Part shown: positions 10,875-25,418 of the stretch, piece after piece
Layout: every line of letters begins with the position of its first letter
Position numbering within the stretch: the stretch's first letter is position 1
The notes under the pieces: model-generated
The model's database searches: none
What the model saw: the letters and a program-made list of their open reading frames with translations, nothing else
Told to the model about the DNA's origin: nothing
NCBI GenBank assembly: GCA_030167865.1
Contig: JALAGF010002098.1
Coordinates: 1-53,521, forward strand
Origin: Craspedostauros australis
Lineage: Eukaryota
Direction of reading: 5' to 3'
DNA: 53,521 nt
Program-made: the position numbers and the translations under genes

Positions 10875-12713
10875 CTATTTTCCAATGCAGAAGTCAGAGA
10901 ATAGGACATCCAGAACATCTTCCACGTCGACGGCTCCCGTAATCCTGCCAAGTTCCGACGCAGCCAATCTCAACTCCTCAGCCGCCATATCGACCGCCAT
11001 CGTGCCTTGCTGGCTCAGATCGCCGAAGCGCTCCAACGCAGCCGCCGCAGATTCCACATGACCGCGGTGTCGTTCTCGCGTGATCATGGCGCTTTCTCCG
11101 TCGTTGCTGCCGTTCTGGAGCTTGTCAGAGATGGTCCCCGTCAACTGCTCCAGGAAGGTGTCTATGCCTTCTTGCGTGACGCAGGATATGCTGAGACCTC
11201 GCTCAAAGGGGGCGATTGGATCCTCCTTGGTTTTGCCATCCATCAGATCGAGCTTGTTGCGTAGTAGCATGATGGAAGAGGCATCCAGCTCGGATTCTCG
11301 CAGGATATCTTGAATTGCATCAAGGCCACTGCGCGTCTGCGTGCCGTCCACGACACCGATCACGACATCCGCGTCTTCCGCCACGCGCCGGGCTCTCTTC
11401 ATGCCTTCCAACTCCAACTCGTCCGTGGTGTCCGCCCGAACACCTGCCGTGTCCTTCAATGTGCACTTGATGCCCGAAAGATCCAAGTCCACCGAAAGCA
11501 CATCGCGCGTAGTGCCTGCGACCGGCGAAACGATCGCCGCATCTTTGCGTGCTAAAACATTGAAGAGACTCGATTTACCAGCATTCGGCGGGCCCAGGAT
11601 GGCCACGCTGACACCATCGCGAATCAATTCGCCTTTTCGATCGTCTTGCAGATGCTGTTGCATGGAGTCCAGCAGTTGCTGCATGTTCGTGGCCACACCA
11701 CCCCACACATCCCATTGCGCCGAATCGTCATCTAAGATATCGTCCTCTCCAAGCCGTTCGTCGTCGCCGAAGTCGATCACCGCTTCGGCGTGGGCCAGGC
11801 CCGAAACCAGCTGCCGGCGCCAGTCTTCGTACAGGGCCGACAGCTTGCCGTCCAGCTGATTCAGCGCTTGCTGCAGTTGCGTCTGGGTTTCGGCCGATAG
11901 AATATCCGCCAGCGCCTCGACTTGGACCAGATCCAACTTGCCGTTCCCGAACGCGCGCTGCGTGAATTCACCCGGCTCCGCCAACCGACATCCCATGGTG
12001 GGCAGAACCTGCAGAAGCCCCTGAACAACGGCCCGGCTGCCATGGCAATGCAGCTCGATCAGATCCTCCCCCGTGAAGGAGTTGGGACCTTCAAAAAGCA
12101 ACACCAGCGCGCTATCCAAAGCTTGGGGCCTCTGTGCATCGACGTTGCTGTTGTAGAGTTTTCGCAACACAGCGCGACGGGGCGCTGGCAGCTTTAGCTT
12201 GGGATTGGTGAGACCGCGCAGGACAGCGTGCGCGTTGGGACCTGACACGCGTACCACCGCAAGCGCCGTTGCTTGCTGCCCGCTGTATCCGGATGACAGC
12301 GCGAAGATCGTGTCCTGAGACGGATCTGCGGATTGCGATGGCGATGCCGTGTCGCCTGCGCTGCTGTTGAGGCGTGTCGCCCTGCGGGCAAGGAAATTGG
12401 CTGGCATGAACGTAGCCGTTGTACTGGTCCTGGTGGGTGTCTTGCATCGCACGATTGAATGGACGCCAAATTGGGCGGAGGTATCACCCACATGCGCACC
12501 GTATCCGCGTTGTGTTGATGTGTCATGGAACAGCCCATGACGATTGGGCCGAGCATGATATTGTGGCGCAGTGATGGAGAAGGGGCGCAGCGCAAGCACT
12601 CGTGATCGCGATAGTGTGCGATATTGTGTGATCATCGTGACTATCAGCCAAAAACAGAAACGATGATGGGTATGGATGGACCGTCGTTGCTTCCGCTGCT
12701 GTCGTCGTATCAT
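10875..12713 (-). CDS. mnmE: tRNA modification GTPase MnmE/TrmE (GTPBP3/MSS1), organellar; start codon uncertain (12713 or 12635)
   Basis: DTIFALSSG, FEGPNSFTGED.IELHCHGS, AEPGEFTQRAF.NGKLDL, G1 GPPNAGKSS, G2 GTTRD, G3 DTAG, G4 NKLD, C-terminal FCIGK. Confidence 0.96.
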   Translation of the reverse strand: MIRRQQRKQRRSIHTHHRFCFWLIVTMITQYRTLSRSRVLALRPFSITAPQYHARPNRHGLFHDTSTQRGYGAHVGDTSAQFGVHSIVRCKTPTRTSTTATFMPANFLARRATRLNSSAGDTASPSQSADPSQDTIFALSSGYSGQQATALAVVRVSGPNAHAVLRGLTNPKLKLPAPRRAVLRKLYNSNVDAQRPQALDSALVLLFEGPNSFTGEDLIELHCHGSRAVVQGLLQVLPTMGCRLAEPGEFTQRAFGNGKLDLVQVEALADILSAETQTQLQQALNQLDGKLSALYEDWRRQLVSGLAHAEAVIDFGDDERLGEDDILDDDSAQWDVWGGVATNMQQLLDSMQQHLQDDRKGELIRDGVSVAILGPPNAGKSSLFNVLARKDAAIVSPVAGTTRDVLSVDLDLSGIKCTLKDTAGVRADTTDELELEGMKRARRVAEDADVVIGVVDGTQTRSGLDAIQDILRESELDASSIMLLRNKLDLMDGKTKEDPIAPFERGLSISCVTQEGIDTFLEQLTGTISDKLQNGSNDGESAMITRERHRGHVESAAAALERFGDLSQQGTMAVDMAAEELRLAASELGRITGAVDVEDVLDVLFSDFCIGK

Positions 12714-13392
12714 GCTGGAAAGTTGTGACGAATTTGATGGCGATACTCGTGCGTACCAATGGTGGAGCGATGGGTATGCGGGGGCGTGTTTGGTGAGCCC
12801 TTGCTGTTCTGTTGAGGTGGGTTGGCACTGGTGAGACCCCGAGTCAGCACGTATCTTTGATGTGTTGGCGAATTGGTTGGATGCCAACATGCAACCGTTG
12901 GCTCAAGATTCAATGAATCCCGCGTCTTTAATCACGGATTACTGGCCACATTGCAGAAAAGCTTGACTTTTCGTCGTGGTTGGGGTGTTTCCGCACAACA
13001 TCACTGATGCCATCCTCGCGTGGTGCACTCGAACATACGACTACTACACTTGCCGTACTCGTACGAGGACATCCAAGCATCATGTCTCATGCCACAAATT
13101 GGAAGCGGCAGAATCTCTTGAGCCGGCAGGATCATCAGCAGCAACAGAAGAAGCAGGAACAGAAGCAGTAGATCGAATAGGACACGCGCATCCATTTTGT
13201 CCTTTGCCCCGTCTTCCTCAACCATCTCAACCAGCTCATCCGTTCATCCATCCATTTGTCTCGATCAATTGGCTGCGGGCTGCACTGACCTGCTCGTGGG
13301 GACATCAACAGAAACAGAACTCTGCTCTCGCGCTCGCTCCCGCTTCCGTCCTCACCGGGATCGCCCAATCCGCAGAAGCAAAAGTTTCGAGC

Positions 13393-16233
13393 ATGATGTT
13401 ATGTGGTCCTTGGCTCGGCTCGGCGAAAATACCAACGGATGTCGCCCTGTACAAAGATGTGTTCAACAGTGCTGTGTTTTGGGATGCCAACCTCGACGAA
13501 GATCTGGCGGAGGAGATGCTATACAACGCAGTGCAGGCCAACGATGGTTACAACGGAGACATCTTTTGGGAGCCGTTGCTACAGACCAGGTGGAAAACAA
13601 TCGAAACGGCCGCGCTCAATGGCTGCACGCCCGTAGCTGTGTATGTAACAGCAAAATATTTACAACCTTCCCAGGCAGATGAACCTCTCAAGAAGTGGCT
13701 GATGGAAGACGACAAAGAATACAAGAACGCGGCGATCGCCCTCGTTTATGTCATGGGGTCCCTCGACCCCAAACTGAAACCGAAGACCATCCGTGAGTCC
13801 ATCTTGAGGGATTTAGGGTACCTCCATGACATTACCAGTGAGAACAGTGTGCACAAATTCGTCACAACCACAGGTGATTCAACATTCTTCGTTGGAATCG
13901 CTAGCTTCCGACACAGAGGTGAATCCACCGGGAAGCCTGCACAGGTCGTGTTGAAGGACAGCGAAGTGGCGACAACAGATACAGTGCTAGTGTACGCCTC
14001 CGAGAGCGGCACCGGCAAGACAATTGAGCTCGCCGGAAATGCACACGCACGAAAAGGTGTGCTCAGTATCATATGTAGCGTCACCAAGGACCTGGAAGCA
14101 AAAGATGCTGGCGATCAGCGAACGGACGAGTGCATCAAAAAGCTCACGTGTTGTTTGAAGAAGGCCATGAGGTTGAATGACACTGCGTTCACCATCATCA
14201 TCAATGCAATCAGGGAATGGGAAGGCCCTCCCAAGGAAGCGAATGAAGCTGAAGCAAAAGATCAACGTGACGCAGCCACAGGCGCAGCCACTGTCTCCAA
14301 AGAGAAGCCAACTCAACAGCCAAAGCCTGTTCGAATTGTCGTTTGTGTCGACGAAGCATCCATGTACCCAACCCTCGCGCATGAAATCATCAGGAACCAC
14401 AAACACATTGGTACAAACTTGGGAAAGTACATCCAGACCCGATGCGGAGACAAGCTCGAAAAGACGAGCCAAGAGATCGAAGTTGTATTCTCGCTCGCAG
14501 GCACAGGTGTGTATGGAGTGGCGATTGGATCTCACGGTACGACCTACGAGATCGTCGATCCCAGCGCGCGCCATGTGGATCAAGACGTATACAGCGCACT
14601 TCTTGCCGAGTACGACGACAAGGAAGAGGCACTTCCAAAATTCAATCAGCTGGTTGAAGCCAATCTTCTCGGGATCATCGTCCAACACAACGCAAGGATG
14701 GCCTCCATCCTGATCGATCAGATCAGCATCTCGATGCTCCAATACACCAATCCCAATGAGGAGGCCAGACTCATGGCAAGGGTCTTCAACAAGTTCATGC
14801 GATGCAACGGACTCAAAGAGCTTTTAAACAACAACGAAAAAGACGTCAAGGCAGAAGTTGACAGAGCAATCGAGCGGATGCTCGTGGCATCACAGGCACT
14901 AGCAGCCCTTCTCTACCAAAGGAGCTTCGAGTTGGGGAAGGATGATGCTGTGGCAGAGAAGCTGGTGGAACGACTCGACTACGTCATCAAGTTCCAGCAC
15001 TTCGGTGATCTCAAGCCCCAAGATGGACTTGGCATGGCCAACCCCGACGACACCACAGTCATGGAGGTTCTTGTCGGCACCTACGGATTGGTGGCACCGA
15101 AAGTGTTTCCACCGGGAGAGGAAGAATCACAGACCCTAGAGGAGCCGTTCCAGGTGAGCGAAGCCATGCAGCTGCTTTGCGTCTGGCTCTTGCAGAGTGG
15201 CACGCGCTTGAAGGATGCCGATGATTTCTTGGGAACGACACCGTTTGCGTTCGAGCTGCTTTCCACTCAGCTTGTGAGCTGTGTGATTTCCGCGGCCATG
15301 ACCGTCGAAGAGAAGGAGAGGAAGGACGTGCCATCCATCTTGACAGAAACCCTACAGATGTTCTCAAGAGAGAGTGTGGATCCACAACACAAAGGTTGGT
15401 ACCTGGATGGAGAAATAAAAGAGGCATGGGATGCGCTTGAGGGCGTGATTCCTGTGTCAGCTGAGTGTAAGCTTGCCTTGGATGGCATGTATCATCACAA
15501 GTGTGAAATGTGGCTGGAAGACTTCACAGAGACTCAGGAGGCAGATGGGAGGCAGAAAAAGGTAGGACAGGTACAGAAGAAGGATGAGCAGAACGATGAT
15601 GCATTCGCCAACATCTGGCAGAATATTCAGGCAACGAAAATCAAACGAGGCGAGGCTGTAGATCTTGGCAAGGTGGCCAACTTGGATAGCTTCGATGTTG
15701 AAGCAGCATTACGAGATAAGACTGAAATCCTTGCGGTCGACAAGGATTTCGTGGGTGGACTTGCAGACATCAGAAGGATGAAGATGATTGTATCACCCGG
15801 ACGATTCATTCCGCCCCTCACAACTGTGGCTGAGGGCAGCAGCAACCTGGCAGATGGGTGCGTCTCCTTCGTCGGTGCCAAGTGGAGGAATGGAACGTTG
15901 GTTGATCACGCGCTGTACACCATCTGTATCCAGTCCAAGGACTATTTCGGATCTTCTGCCGTCGACAACGACAAGGTGAGAGAGAACAAGAACAGAGTGT
16001 ACCACGATCTTCTCGACATTCCATTCGGAGAGAACCGTCTGTACTGTCTGGCAACCAGGTTGGAGAAGTTTGCGAAACGAAAGATCTCGGAGGGTCACAA
16101 CGCAATGCCGTACGTGTCGTACCCAGTTGATAAAGGGAAATTGCTGCCCAGCATGATGTCGACGCTCGACAAACGCCGCAACCGGCACGAGAAGATCGCA
16201 AATGGTGCGATCGCTTTCACGCTCGATGGATAG
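13393..16233 (+). CDS. Large intronless P-loop NTPase + putative PD-(D/E)xK restriction-endonuclease-fold protein (Crinkler/RHS-like); ORF open from 12976
   Basis: Walker A-like VYASESGTGKT, Walker B IVVCVDEAS, SLAGTG, QHNARMA; C-terminal LADG...ICIQSKDY. Confidence 0.65.
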   Translation: MMLCGPWLGSAKIPTDVALYKDVFNSAVFWDANLDEDLAEEMLYNAVQANDGYNGDIFWEPLLQTRWKTIETAALNGCTPVAVYVTAKYLQPSQADEPLKKWLMEDDKEYKNAAIALVYVMGSLDPKLKPKTIRESILRDLGYLHDITSENSVHKFVTTTGDSTFFVGIASFRHRGESTGKPAQVVLKDSEVATTDTVLVYASESGTGKTIELAGNAHARKGVLSIICSVTKDLEAKDAGDQRTDECIKKLTCCLKKAMRLNDTAFTIIINAIREWEGPPKEANEAEAKDQRDAATGAATVSKEKPTQQPKPVRIVVCVDEASMYPTLAHEIIRNHKHIGTNLGKYIQTRCGDKLEKTSQEIEVVFSLAGTGVYGVAIGSHGTTYEIVDPSARHVDQDVYSALLAEYDDKEEALPKFNQLVEANLLGIIVQHNARMASILIDQISISMLQYTNPNEEARLMARVFNKFMRCNGLKELLNNNEKDVKAEVDRAIERMLVASQALAALLYQRSFELGKDDAVAEKLVERLDYVIKFQHFGDLKPQDGLGMANPDDTTVMEVLVGTYGLVAPKVFPPGEEESQTLEEPFQVSEAMQLLCVWLLQSGTRLKDADDFLGTTPFAFELLSTQLVSCVISAAMTVEEKERKDVPSILTETLQMFSRESVDPQHKGWYLDGEIKEAWDALEGVIPVSAECKLALDGMYHHKCEMWLEDFTETQEADGRQKKVGQVQKKDEQNDDAFANIWQNIQATKIKRGEAVDLGKVANLDSFDVEAALRDKTEILAVDKDFVGGLADIRRMKMIVSPGRFIPPLTTVAEGSSNLADGCVSFVGAKWRNGTLVDHALYTICIQSKDYFGSSAVDNDKVRENKNRVYHDLLDIPFGENRLYCLATRLEKFAKRKISEGHNAMPYVSYPVDKGKLLPSMMSTLDKRRNRHEKIANGAIAFTLDG

Positions 16234-16568
16234 TGGACGAGGGTACTGGAGAGGTGACGGGATGAGTTGTATATACTCATGCACAGGGAGCAGTTCCATT
16301 CATGGACGCACATACGAGGAACGTTACCAATAATAGTACATGTGATGCATGCGACAGTGCTTCTGCTCGAGAGACTGGCTTTCCATTGCAAATATGAAAA
16401 TAGCGTGCCGATGCAACACATGATGTGTGTGTCTTCTACCATACTCGTACCAAACGATGATGTGCATATTGGAACGAAGAGTTGGACGACGCAGCGGGCT
16501 GCAAAGATGCAGCATGTATCATCTTGCCAATGCAGACTTTAGTACTACGTACATCATGTTACTCGAGA

Positions 16569-18973
16569 TTAGATCCTCTTCACGTGTCGGATACCGAGCA
16601 GCTCGAAGCACTGCTTCATGGCGATGGTGGTGACATGGCACAGCAGCAGGCGGCTCTTCATTTCATCACTCTTGAGGACGCGGCACTGCGTGACAAAGTC
16701 GGAAGCCGAGATGGCAAGGCTGTAGACGTAGTCGCAGATGTGGTACGGCAGCATATCTTCGAGGGTGATGTCGATGACGTCCGTGAATTGCTGCAAGGTC
16801 AGGGCGAGGTTGCGCTCGGATGGATGGGACAGGGCGATCTGCTCGCCGCTCTTGAGCAGCGCATCGAGGTCGACATCGCATTCCGCCTTGGCCTTGGCGA
16901 TGATGCTCTCCAATCGAACGCGCGCGTAGAGGAGGTAGATGGCGGTGTTGCCCTTCGTGTCGAGCATGGCATCGTAGGAGAACTTGTAGTTCGTCGTTGG
17001 GTTGCGGCGCAGATCGAAGTACTTGACGGCGCCGTATCCGCAGGCCTCGGCGACTTCGTGCAGTTCGGCTTCGGTGATGTTGGCCTTGCCATCGGTGATG
17101 CGCTGCTTGAGCGACTCCTCCATGCGGCCGACGGCCTCGTCGAGCAGATCGACGAGGCGGACGGTGTCGCCGGAGCGCGTCTTGAAGCGCTTGCCGTCCT
17201 CTCCCATGACGGTTCCGAAACCGATGTGCTGGAGCTTCTGGCCCTCGTTGATCCAACCAATGTCGGTGGCCGCCGTGTTGCACATGGTGAAGTGGTCTGC
17301 CTGTGTGAAGTCGGTGATGACGATGATGCGCTTGGCCTTGATGGTCTGGAGGCGGTGCTTGAGCGCGGCCATGTCCGTGCTGTCGTAGCCGTAGCCACCG
17401 TCGCTCTTTTGCAGCATGAGCGGGACCTTGAACTTGCCGACGAAGACGCACTTCGCACCACCCTCCTCGATGCGGATGAGTCCCGCCTTGTTGAATTCGT
17501 CGATGACTGCGGGGATCTTGTCGTTGTAGAAGGACTCGCCGCACTCCTTGACGTTGATGTCGAGGCGGTCGTAGACCTTCTGGAACTCCTTGCGGGAGAC
17601 GTCGCACAATATCCTCCAGATGTTCATGCACTCCTCGTCGCCTGCCTGCAGCTTGACGACGTTGAGCTGCGCCGTCTTCTTGAAGTCGGCGTCGTCATCG
17701 AAACGCTGCTTGGCCGCTTTGTAAAAGGCTGTGAGGTCGGTGATGTTGGGCATGTTGTCGCTGAAGTTGGGGTACTCCTCTTTGAGGAACTGGATGAGCA
17801 TTCCGAACTGGGTGCCCCAGTCGCCCACGTGGTTGACGCGCTCCACGGTGTGACCGACGAATTCTAGGATGCGGCAGACGGATTCGCCGATGATGGTCGA
17901 TCGCAGATGTCCCACGTGCATTTCCTTGGCGATGTTGGGAGACGAGAAATCGACGACGCACTGAATGGGCGTCTTGGCCGGCTTGGTGAGCTGCCCGGTC
18001 GTGACGATGCGCTGGACGTGCTTCTGGAGGAAGGCGGGCGTCAGACGGCAGACGATGAAGGCGGGTTTCTGCACGGCGAGGTCGCTGATGATGGGGTGCG
18101 ATGTGCCCAGATGGGCGACGACGGCGTCCGCGATCTGCTGCGGGCTGTTGATGTTCTGCGGCAGACCTCCTGTCTTCTTGAGAGTTCCGAAGAGCGCCAT
18201 CGCCGCAGTGCACTGGTAATCGCCGTGCTTGGAGTCCTTGCACTTGGCGACCACCTTGGCCGGGATGGTGGCGGCGGGGAAGAGCGTCTCGAAGGCCTCG
18301 ATGAAGATCTGCGTGACGACCGTCTGGAGGCTTGGGTTGTTGGGGTCCACGGCTGGCGGTGGGAGGAAGTCGGGCACGGCTTCGACGGCCTTCTGCAGCG
18401 CTGCGGCGTGGGCCTTGTAGTATTTGAGCACGGCGGCTGGCCACTTGGGCTTGTTGGCCTCGTCCTGGGACAGCATGACGATGATGCAGAGGTCCGCGAC
18501 GGTGTCCGCATCACCCACCAGGTGGATGCCGGTGCTGGAGGCCTCCAGGGCGGCGGCGATCTTGTCCAGCGGCAGCGATCCCGCTCTGGACGTGCGTTCG
18601 ATCTCGCACCATTCATCCACCATGAATCCGTTGGCCGTGCCGCAGCCAGCCATGGAGGAAACGGCCTTGGCCATGCAGTTGCCGCCGCCGCCGAGCACGA
18701 AGTCGTCGCCGAAGACCAGCGCTGGCTTGGTGCCCGCGAATCCGGTCGGCACATCCTTCTTCGTTCCAGCGCTGACCGCCACCTTGTAATGCAGCGATGC
18801 GTACACCAGCTTGAGGGTCGCAGTGCACTTCTCCGCGCCATTCACCAGCAGGAGCTTGGGGGCTGGGACTTCCACCTTGGGTGCGGCGGCAGCTGCCTTT
18901 GCTGCGCCCTTCTTGTTGCCATTGTTACTGTTGTTGTTGCCATTGTTGCCATTGTTTCCGGGGGGCCCCTTGC

Positions 18974-19006
<33 letters not shown>

Positions 19007-19130
19007 GCGCTCCTCCTCCACCACCTGCGGCAGCCGCCTTCGCCGCTTGCTTCTTGGCTGCCTTCTCGGCCTTCTTGGCAGCCTTTTTCAGCTCGTTCTT
19101 GGACGGTCCCTTCTTCTCGGCTTCGCTCAT
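16569..19130 (-). CDS. RARS: Arginyl-tRNA synthetase with a Lys/Ala-rich N-terminal extension and a GST-like domain
   Basis: GDYQC, VVDFSSPNIAKEMHVGHLRSTIIG, NHVGDWGTQFGMLI, GESFYN, KSDGGYGY, RFKTRSG, GNTAIYLLYA. Confidence 0.97.
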
Positions 19131-19859
19131 CTTGCAATCCAAAGTTGAGTACTTCTATTTGCACTTGTATTTGCGCCTGCACTTGTATTTGTGGCTCTAC
19201 CGTTCTGTGGATGGTTGTGTTGTTGACGTTGTGCAATGCAATTCGATGCAGTATAATACAATGGAGATTCAAGCGTGGACGAAGATCCAGATGTTTGTGT
19301 TGGTTTTGAGGCTTTGTTGCGCGGGATCTTTGGACGCATGCACCCATCGCGATGATCGCAGTGTTGTGGTTTGGAGCGTGTCCAAACACCGGTTGACGGA
19401 CTGATCAAATGCGTGACCAGGTTGGTGCCAACCGAAACGTGTGACATCTGCGATCAACTCGTTCACGTTTGGGACCACGCTGCTGCCTACGACTACGAGT
19501 AGAGAGGGAACGTCCTCAACGCAGGCGAGGCTGCATCCTCCACGGCACAAGCATGAGCGACGGCATCCAATGTTACTAATCCTCCACTCTTAAAGGAAAC
19601 TATCGAGATGAGGTGAGAATAATGCAAGTTATCTAGAGGACTCTGCTTACGAGATATTTCTGCTTCTTTGGGGATCTATGGTAAAAGTAGTGTGGTCGAA
19701 AGATGGTGCAGTTGTGATGACGTTCGTGTTGTTGCTGTCGCCATTGCTGCTGATGTTGGCGATGGTCGCAGTCCATAATTGGTGACGACGGAATGGGAAG
19801 GAATCAAATGGAATGGGGAAAGACAAAGGAGAGCATCATGCTGCGCTCTACCTGCCTGC

Positions 19860-21552
19860 CTACTGTTTGTCGCTGTCTGTGCCCGATGTCTGGCTCGCGC
19901 CTGCTTTCTGGGAAGATGTGACTGCCTCTGTAACGGCCGCCTCGTCGACTTCTCCATTGGTGGCGATGTCCCATTGCTCCCGGATGTCGGTCACGTTTTC
20001 GATGTCGTCCACCTTGCCGCGCACCGGCACGGCGATCTCATTGCGGCGCACGATGGGCAGCGTGTACGGTGGGTTGTACTGGAAGATAACATGTGGCACG
20101 ACGGCGCCGTGCGGCACATCGAGCTCCACACCATCGAGCTCCAGGGACTGCATCAGAGACTCCTTCTGACGGGCGATCTCGCCGTCGGTGACGAAGCCGG
20201 TGAACTTGCGCACTGCCAGCCTCGCGGCGGGGATCTCCACGATGCGGATGGAACCGCTCTCTGAGTCGATCGGGGCAGTGGATTTATCGAGCGGCTCCGG
20301 GATCTTGTTCTCTGACAGGTAGAATCTCATCTCACCCGCGCTGGTCGTGGTGACGGGGGTCGTCATGGGCATGGACTGCTGGTCTTCGTTGGCGCCGAAA
20401 ATGTAGGCGGCGAGCGAATTGAAAGCCTTGCCGGCGGATGCCACGTCGTCCAGCTTCCCCATGGCGGTCTCCGCCACGCTGTATCCACTGTAATCTCGGA
20501 TCTCGTACGACCCCTGGGTGCCGACCACGGTGTATTCTGGTTCCTCCAGCCCCTCCGGCGTTTCGAGGAAGACGTTCTTGGCCTCCTGCGCCAAGGTCTC
20601 GGTCTGCTCGCTGATTCGCTTGGGGATCTTGTTGAAGGGGTCTTTCAGATCCTCCTGCAAGTACTCGATGTTGCGCTGCACCTGGTTCGAAAACACCTCG
20701 AAGAGTCTCGTGCCGACCTTGTTCAGCGACGGTGGCTGCGGGACGCGTCCTGCGGGAGGTGCGATCTGCTGGATGCCTGGCAGGATATCATTGGTGATCT
20801 GCCTGGCGACGGCGCGAGTTCCATCCTGCAACTTTCTGCCGTTGGGTGTCAGCAGCGGATCGATCTGGCGGTGTCCGTATGAATCGAGGGTGTTTTGTGT
20901 GTGAAGTTACGTGGCAACGAGCCGCGGCGTTAGTGGAGCAGTTGCAGCAATGATTGTCGTGAGTTGGTTGCAGTTGATTTCATTTCATTTCAATTCGTTG
21001 TGCGTGTGCGATATAGTGCTCAGCCACTCGGCCGCTCATTTGGAAGTGGCTTGTTCATTTTCACTTTCACGGTATGGTGTGGTATGGTACATCATTGAAA
21101 TGACCAACAGAGCACAAATAGAACGCAAACATAGATCACAGTATCAACAGCATTAACAACAGCATTAACAACGGCAACACACAGTTCGCACTCACCTGCC
21201 GCTTCGACACGGCATCCACCACAGAATCTCGAATTGCTTGATTCGAGTTGAACAAATCTGAAATGAGAACCTGACGATCGGCCGCCGTCGTAAGCGGGTT
21301 GAGGACATCGTCCAACTTGGTCTGCCACGAGCGGTCTTCCTTTGGGGCCAACAACGTTGCGGTATTGTCTGCCTGCTGTCCCTGCTTTGTCTCGGTATCG
21401 AGCGAATCAGCAAAGGCCGAGAACGCAGCGTCGTTGGAGGAAAAGAGACGCGATTGTTGGTAGCTGGATGGCGTTGCAGAAGGAATGGTGAAAGATTCTG
21501 TTGTGGTTGCCAGCAGCAACGACAGCAGAGCTGCGAGGGATTCTTGCTTCAT
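19860..21552 (-). CDS. Plastid-targeted SOUL/heme-binding protein; exons 21196-21552 and 19860-20864
   Basis: Signal MKQESLAALLSLLLATTTES|FT; donor gtgagt at 21195, acceptor cag at 20865; SOUL motifs LEEPEYTV, YEIRDY, AFNSLAAYIFGAN, MPMTTPV, QYNPPYTLP..RRNEI. Confidence 0.9.
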
Positions 21553-22948
21553 GGTGACTTGTGTGGTTGTGGAGTTGAGTGGAATGGAATGGAGGGGAGT
21601 CGAGTGGTGCTCGATTCAAACTTGTGTGCCTTGTGTGATCTGCTGATTGTACGATCGTGTGTCTGCGATGTTTGTACCGACACGAGGAGAGTGTTGTCAG
21701 TGGCTAGGCCGTATAATACAATACGAGTATAATATGAGAGACTGCCTCTGTTGGAGAATGCCTTCTTCAGATTCCTTTTGGTGGAATTGCGGTTGCTATG
21801 ATGGTTCTTCTTCTTTGTTGCGAAGTGGAGGAAGAAGGATGTGCGGGTGGTTGTTGAATTTTGTGAGGAACCAACGATGGTGACAGCCGCACGAAGAACG
21901 ACGACAGCAGCTGCAACGAGCTGCTCTTCCTTCTCTCTCTCTCTCTCTCTCTCTGGCGATGTTGATGGACATCTTCTCTCTGGTTTGTTGTTTGTGTTGT
22001 TGTTGATCTTGTGTCGCGATGTTGACATCCGAAAGGATACGAAGAACAACAAATTCTGGGTTCAACATCCGGGTGCCATTTAAGTCATGGAAATGATCGA
22101 ATGACCATCTGCCTTTGGCCGGCTGCGACAGTTGGCCTCGTTCAAGATGAAAACAGCGCTCTTGGTGGCTTGTCGTGGAAGAAAGTCGATCTTGGGGCTA
22201 TTTACGAGACACACCATACGCGTACATGCCAACAAGTACTCGTGCGTACTTTATGAGTGGATCGTGCCGGTGCCAGGCAGAAGGCACAGAGAGAGTCACA
22301 AACATGATGTCTCCTTTCTTTGGTCGAACAGATGATGGCAGAAGGGGATGCGTGATGTTTGATGTGTGACGATGAGTCGTTGTTATCCCACCAATACGAC
22401 CTTTGTGCTGGTTTGGCCCCCTCTCTGTGCGACCGTCGAAGGATAGTTGGTGTCGGCGCAACAGCGGCTCCAGAGAAGAGGCTCCGTGAGGCACACACGA
22501 ACTACAGATGCTCTTGTGCTTGCGGAGGATCGGCTTCTCCTTCAAGATTGCCTCGGATCTTTGTGATGCTATCCTCTCTTGTGTGCGTCGTTCACTGTTC
22601 CAGCCCAAGATAGTCAAGAATACTGGAATACGACGATGGCGACGAACTGGAAAGGACAAGATCAAGTCTCTTCGGTCCACTCAGAACGGGGATAGAGTAA
22701 AGTACTGCGGTCATTTGGTTTAAAATATTGTTCTCTTGCAACCTCCCAGGTTGGCTGCAAGGATGGAAATGATCCAGAAGCTCGGCTCTGTGCGGGTGTT
22801 GTCCGACTTCTGAACGATGTTGGGAAGACAGGTGGAGTGAAATAATCACCCCATTTGATTGTGTTTGCTTTCATTTTCGCTTCCCAACAAAGGACCTTTC
22901 CGACGGTCCATTCAAGAAGGTGTGCAATCCATCGCTGTCTACCACTGT

Positions 22949-25418
<2,470 letters not shown>

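Noticed and set aside
16482-19148. Long + strand ORFs (461 aa and 413 aa) antisense to ArgRS
   Set aside because: Shadow ORFs expected from strong GC3 codon bias on the opposite strand; no recognisable motifs
22658-22667. AAGATCAAGT, matching part of U2 snRNA
   Set aside because: Only 10 nt; the branch-site pairing sequence GTAGTA and the other U2 elements are absent
22090-22900. Short ORFs between the SOUL and helicase genes (similar ones at 27281-27694)
   Set aside because: No motifs, codon bias or splice pattern supporting a gene
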